Source: Podarcis vaucheri
Lineage: Eukaryota
DNA length: 64,000 nt
Strand: one strand, 5' to 3'
NCBI GenBank assembly: GCA_965113315.1
Contig: OZ220371.1
This document shows, in pieces, positions 61,401 through 64,000 of this stretch. Under the pieces are notes generated by a model. It did not search any database and was not told the origin of the DNA. It was given only the letters and a program-made list of their open reading frames with translations. How positions within the stretch are numbered: the stretch's first letter is position 1; each line of letters opens with the position of its first letter. A program made the position numbers and the translations under genes.

Positions 61401-64000
61401 TATGAAATCACACCCAAGACAACAGATTCGCAAATGCTCTCAAACATACCCAAGTCAGCTGTGATTCCTGAAGTCAGCGAAGAGCCAGAAGATGACCCCG
61501 AAGGTGAGCCGACGAGGAGGTTCACACCAGAAGAAGAGATGTTTAAAATGGTGACTAAAGTCAAAATGTTTGATGAGCTGGAACAGGAAGCAAAGCAGAA
61601 GCGGGACTATAGAAAGGACCCCAAACAAGAAGATGCTGCTTCAGCTTCTGATTTGGAAGCTGCGTCTGAACTTGAATTTGCACCCTCAACGGCTGTAGAA
61701 GATGATGGCGTACCTACTGTACTCACTTCTGCAGCTGAATCTAGAAAGACTTCTTCCTCTTCAGAAAGTGAGCCAGAATTAACAAAGCTGAAGAAGGAGG
61801 CTGACTCTGGGCTGCTGATGGAGCCTGTAATTAGGGTGCAGCCTCCTTCACCTCATCTTTGTCATAGGGATTCCAGTTCTAGTCCTGAAGAAACAGGGTT
61901 TCAGCCTATTGAATCCAAGCAGCATGAATTTGGTACCGAAGAGGATAACACAGAATCAGATAAGCCAACGGAGGAAACCAAAATGTCTGGTGATACCTCT
62001 CTTGCCTCAGATACTAGCATCATAGCACAAGCTAGCGAGTCCAAGTGCTACAGCACTGATGAGAGTGACACTGCTAGCCCTAATGGCCCCATGATGCAGC
62101 CTGAGGAGGCATTCTACCATTCTGTGGGTGGTGACGCCCCCAAAATAGCTGAGTTATATGAAACCTCAGTGGCGTCTCACAACCAGGATGATTCTGAGAA
62201 AGATGGTGGAGCATCTGAGGAGGTAACACCCAGAGACATGGTTGCCATGGGAACCAGAGGGGGCTCCTGCATCCCTGGCTCCTCTCATTGCTGTATATCC
62301 CCAAATGATGAATTGGCTACTGTTGTTTCACCTGTTCACTCCCCTTTGGGAAGTGATTTGGCTGAAACTAACAACATTGTTGAGATGGCACAAAGGGATT
62401 TTTGTAGTGTAGAACACTCTGCAGACCATTCGCCTCAAACAACCCAAAAGGGTGACCCTGAAGGGAATGCAGATGATGTTGATGAAAGCAGTGCTCTGCC
62501 TATAACAAGTCCTTATGAAAATGTCCCTTCACAGCACTTTTTTACTAGCACTGAAATTAGTTCAGGAACTGGTTTAAGGATGACAACAGACCAGTCATCT
62601 GGGGTTCATCATTCTACTGAGGTAGAAACTACCTTCAGTGAGGAAATTGCACTGACCAGTTCCCTTTGTACACCAGCATCGGTAGGTTCTGAGGTTCAGA
62701 CCTCAGAAGATATCTATATGGAGTTAGAATCCAAACATGTGGGCATCTTTCAGAAACAATCAACTTCAACATCAGAGGTCGCGTCACTAGATGAAGCTGC
62801 TCTACAAGATATCAGAGATGAAGCTGAGAAAATAATCAACCAAGTGATCATAACCAGGACAGATGTGGATTCTGACAAGTGGAGTCAAATACGTGAAGAT
62901 GATGATGCTTTTGAGGCTCGGGTGAAAGAGGAAGAACAAAGGATATTTGGCTTGATGGTAGACAGGAGATCACAAGGCACCACACCTGACACGACACCAG
63001 CCAGAACTCCTACAGAAGAAGGGACGCCTACCAGTGAACAAAACCCCTTTCTTTTCCAGGAAGGGAAATTGTTTGAAATGACAAGGAGTGGTGCCATTGA
63101 CATGACCAAGAGGAATTATTCTGATGAAAACTTACACTTTTTCCAAATGGGAGAGCAGTCTCAGGAAGATGTGTCCTTATCTGAAGAAATGAGAGAAGCC
63201 GAAGGCCTGGAATCTCTCCAGCAAGAGCAACCCCCAGTTCCATTTGTGTCTTCTGAACTAGATGAAGCAGAGATGCCTATAAAAGGCTCACTCACGTCTG
63301 TATCAGAGGATGAGGCCAGTGGTTTCTACACCACAAAAGGGGATATTAAATCTAGAATCCCTATTAAAATGGGCATTTCAGCCTCTTCAAAGTCACCAAA
63401 GAAAGAAACTGCTCCTTCTGATGATGATGACTTCTTCCCTAGAGCTGATACTGAAGACATGTTTGACAGCTCCCAGGTGCCTTGCCCTGTCTCTCCTGAG
63501 CAGACTGTGATTGATGTACAGTTAGATTTTTCAACAGTCACTAGGTCGGTGTATGCTGAGCAGGAAGATGATTCCCCAGACTCCTCACCAGAGGAGCAGA
63601 AATCTGTGATTGAAATCCCTACTGCCATCATGGAAAGTGTGCCTTCTGAAAGCAAATCCAAAATTCCCATTAGGACAACTCCCGCTGCATCCCACTCATT
63701 GCAACAATCAGAGCTTGAGAGCCTTCCTTCAGATAGCTTTGTTGAGGCCCTAGAGGAATCGGAGGATGACCCGTCCAAACCAAAGTCTAAGATTCCAGTC
63801 AAAGCAGTTTTCCAAAGAGTTGAACAAGAGTGTTTGTATACAGAGACATCTGTCTGGAAGCCAGAGTCAGCTAAAGCTCTTGACAAAACATGCAAGCTAC
63901 CTGCGAAACAAGACGTTAGGAGCAAATCTGAATCTGATGAAAGTGCCTCCGTGGACTCAAAGGCTAAGCGTTCAGTCAAAGCTAGAAGCTATGCTGAGGC
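58441..64000 (+). CDS. ANK2: ANK2 giant (440-kDa isoform) exon, 5' 5560 nt; continues past the window end
   Basis: tcaaag|ATGATG; gives (H)[96 protein letters not shown] and [18 protein letters not shown], all in the same frame at every point checked up to ...VKARSYAE. Confidence 0.96.
59463..59807 (+). repeat. Coding 27-bp tandem repeats: ~7x SPSASKT(P/A)A, then 5x SP(T/S)(T/S)KKP(A/P)V, ending in SPSSKTER
   Basis: Units start at 59463, 59490, 59517, 59544, 59571, 59598, 59625 (24 bp), 59649, 59676, 59703, 59730, 59757 and 59784. Confidence 0.93.

Larger units (their letters stand above)
245..64000 (+). other. ANK2: Ankyrin-2 (ankyrin-B) gene, internal part: ANK repeats ~10-24, linker, ZU5-ZU5-UPA, start of giant exon
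   Basis: 28 exons join in one frame. Peptides such as [61 protein letters not shown] and ESESDQEQEEE are characteristic of ANK2 rather than ANK1/ANK3 (from knowledge of the family). Confidence 0.97.

Noticed and set aside
63326-63979. 217-aa minus-strand ORF and other minus ORFs from 58602 onward
   Set aside because: Antisense shadows of the giant exon with no independent motif.

Overview
Vertebrate genomic DNA, most likely from a lacertid-type lizard: it carries a Sauria SINE, Squam2/Squam3-like SINEs, young L2 LINEs and Penelope remnants. The whole window lies inside ankyrin-2 (ANK2, ankyrin-B), transcribed from the + strand. I traced 28 core exons in one continuous reading frame; 27 are complete and bounded by AG/GT, and the last is cut off by the window end. 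They encode ankyrin repeats ~10-24 (245-16885), the membrane-binding-domain/ZU5 linker (22584-33364), ZU5A-ZU5B-UPA (40970-52611), two short acidic exons, and the first 5.56 kb of the neuronal giant exon (58441 to window end). The giant exon is missing from the ORF track because it has no stop in the window. Points of most interest: (i) frame-preserving cassette/micro-exons in the linker (57 nt, a Cys-rich 54/60-nt candidate, 12 nt, 36 nt); (ii) a ladder of candidate micro-exons just upstream of the giant exon; (iii) two arrays of 9-aa Ser-Pro repeats where mammals have the 12-aa microtubule-binding repeat; (iv) an 89-bp Penelope-type insertion with a 15-bp TSD built around a minimal hammerhead ribozyme; (v) a very young L2 inserted into a palindromic MITE. 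No prokaryotic features are present. Human exon numbers are from recall, and alternative exons are predictions until checked by RNA-seq.
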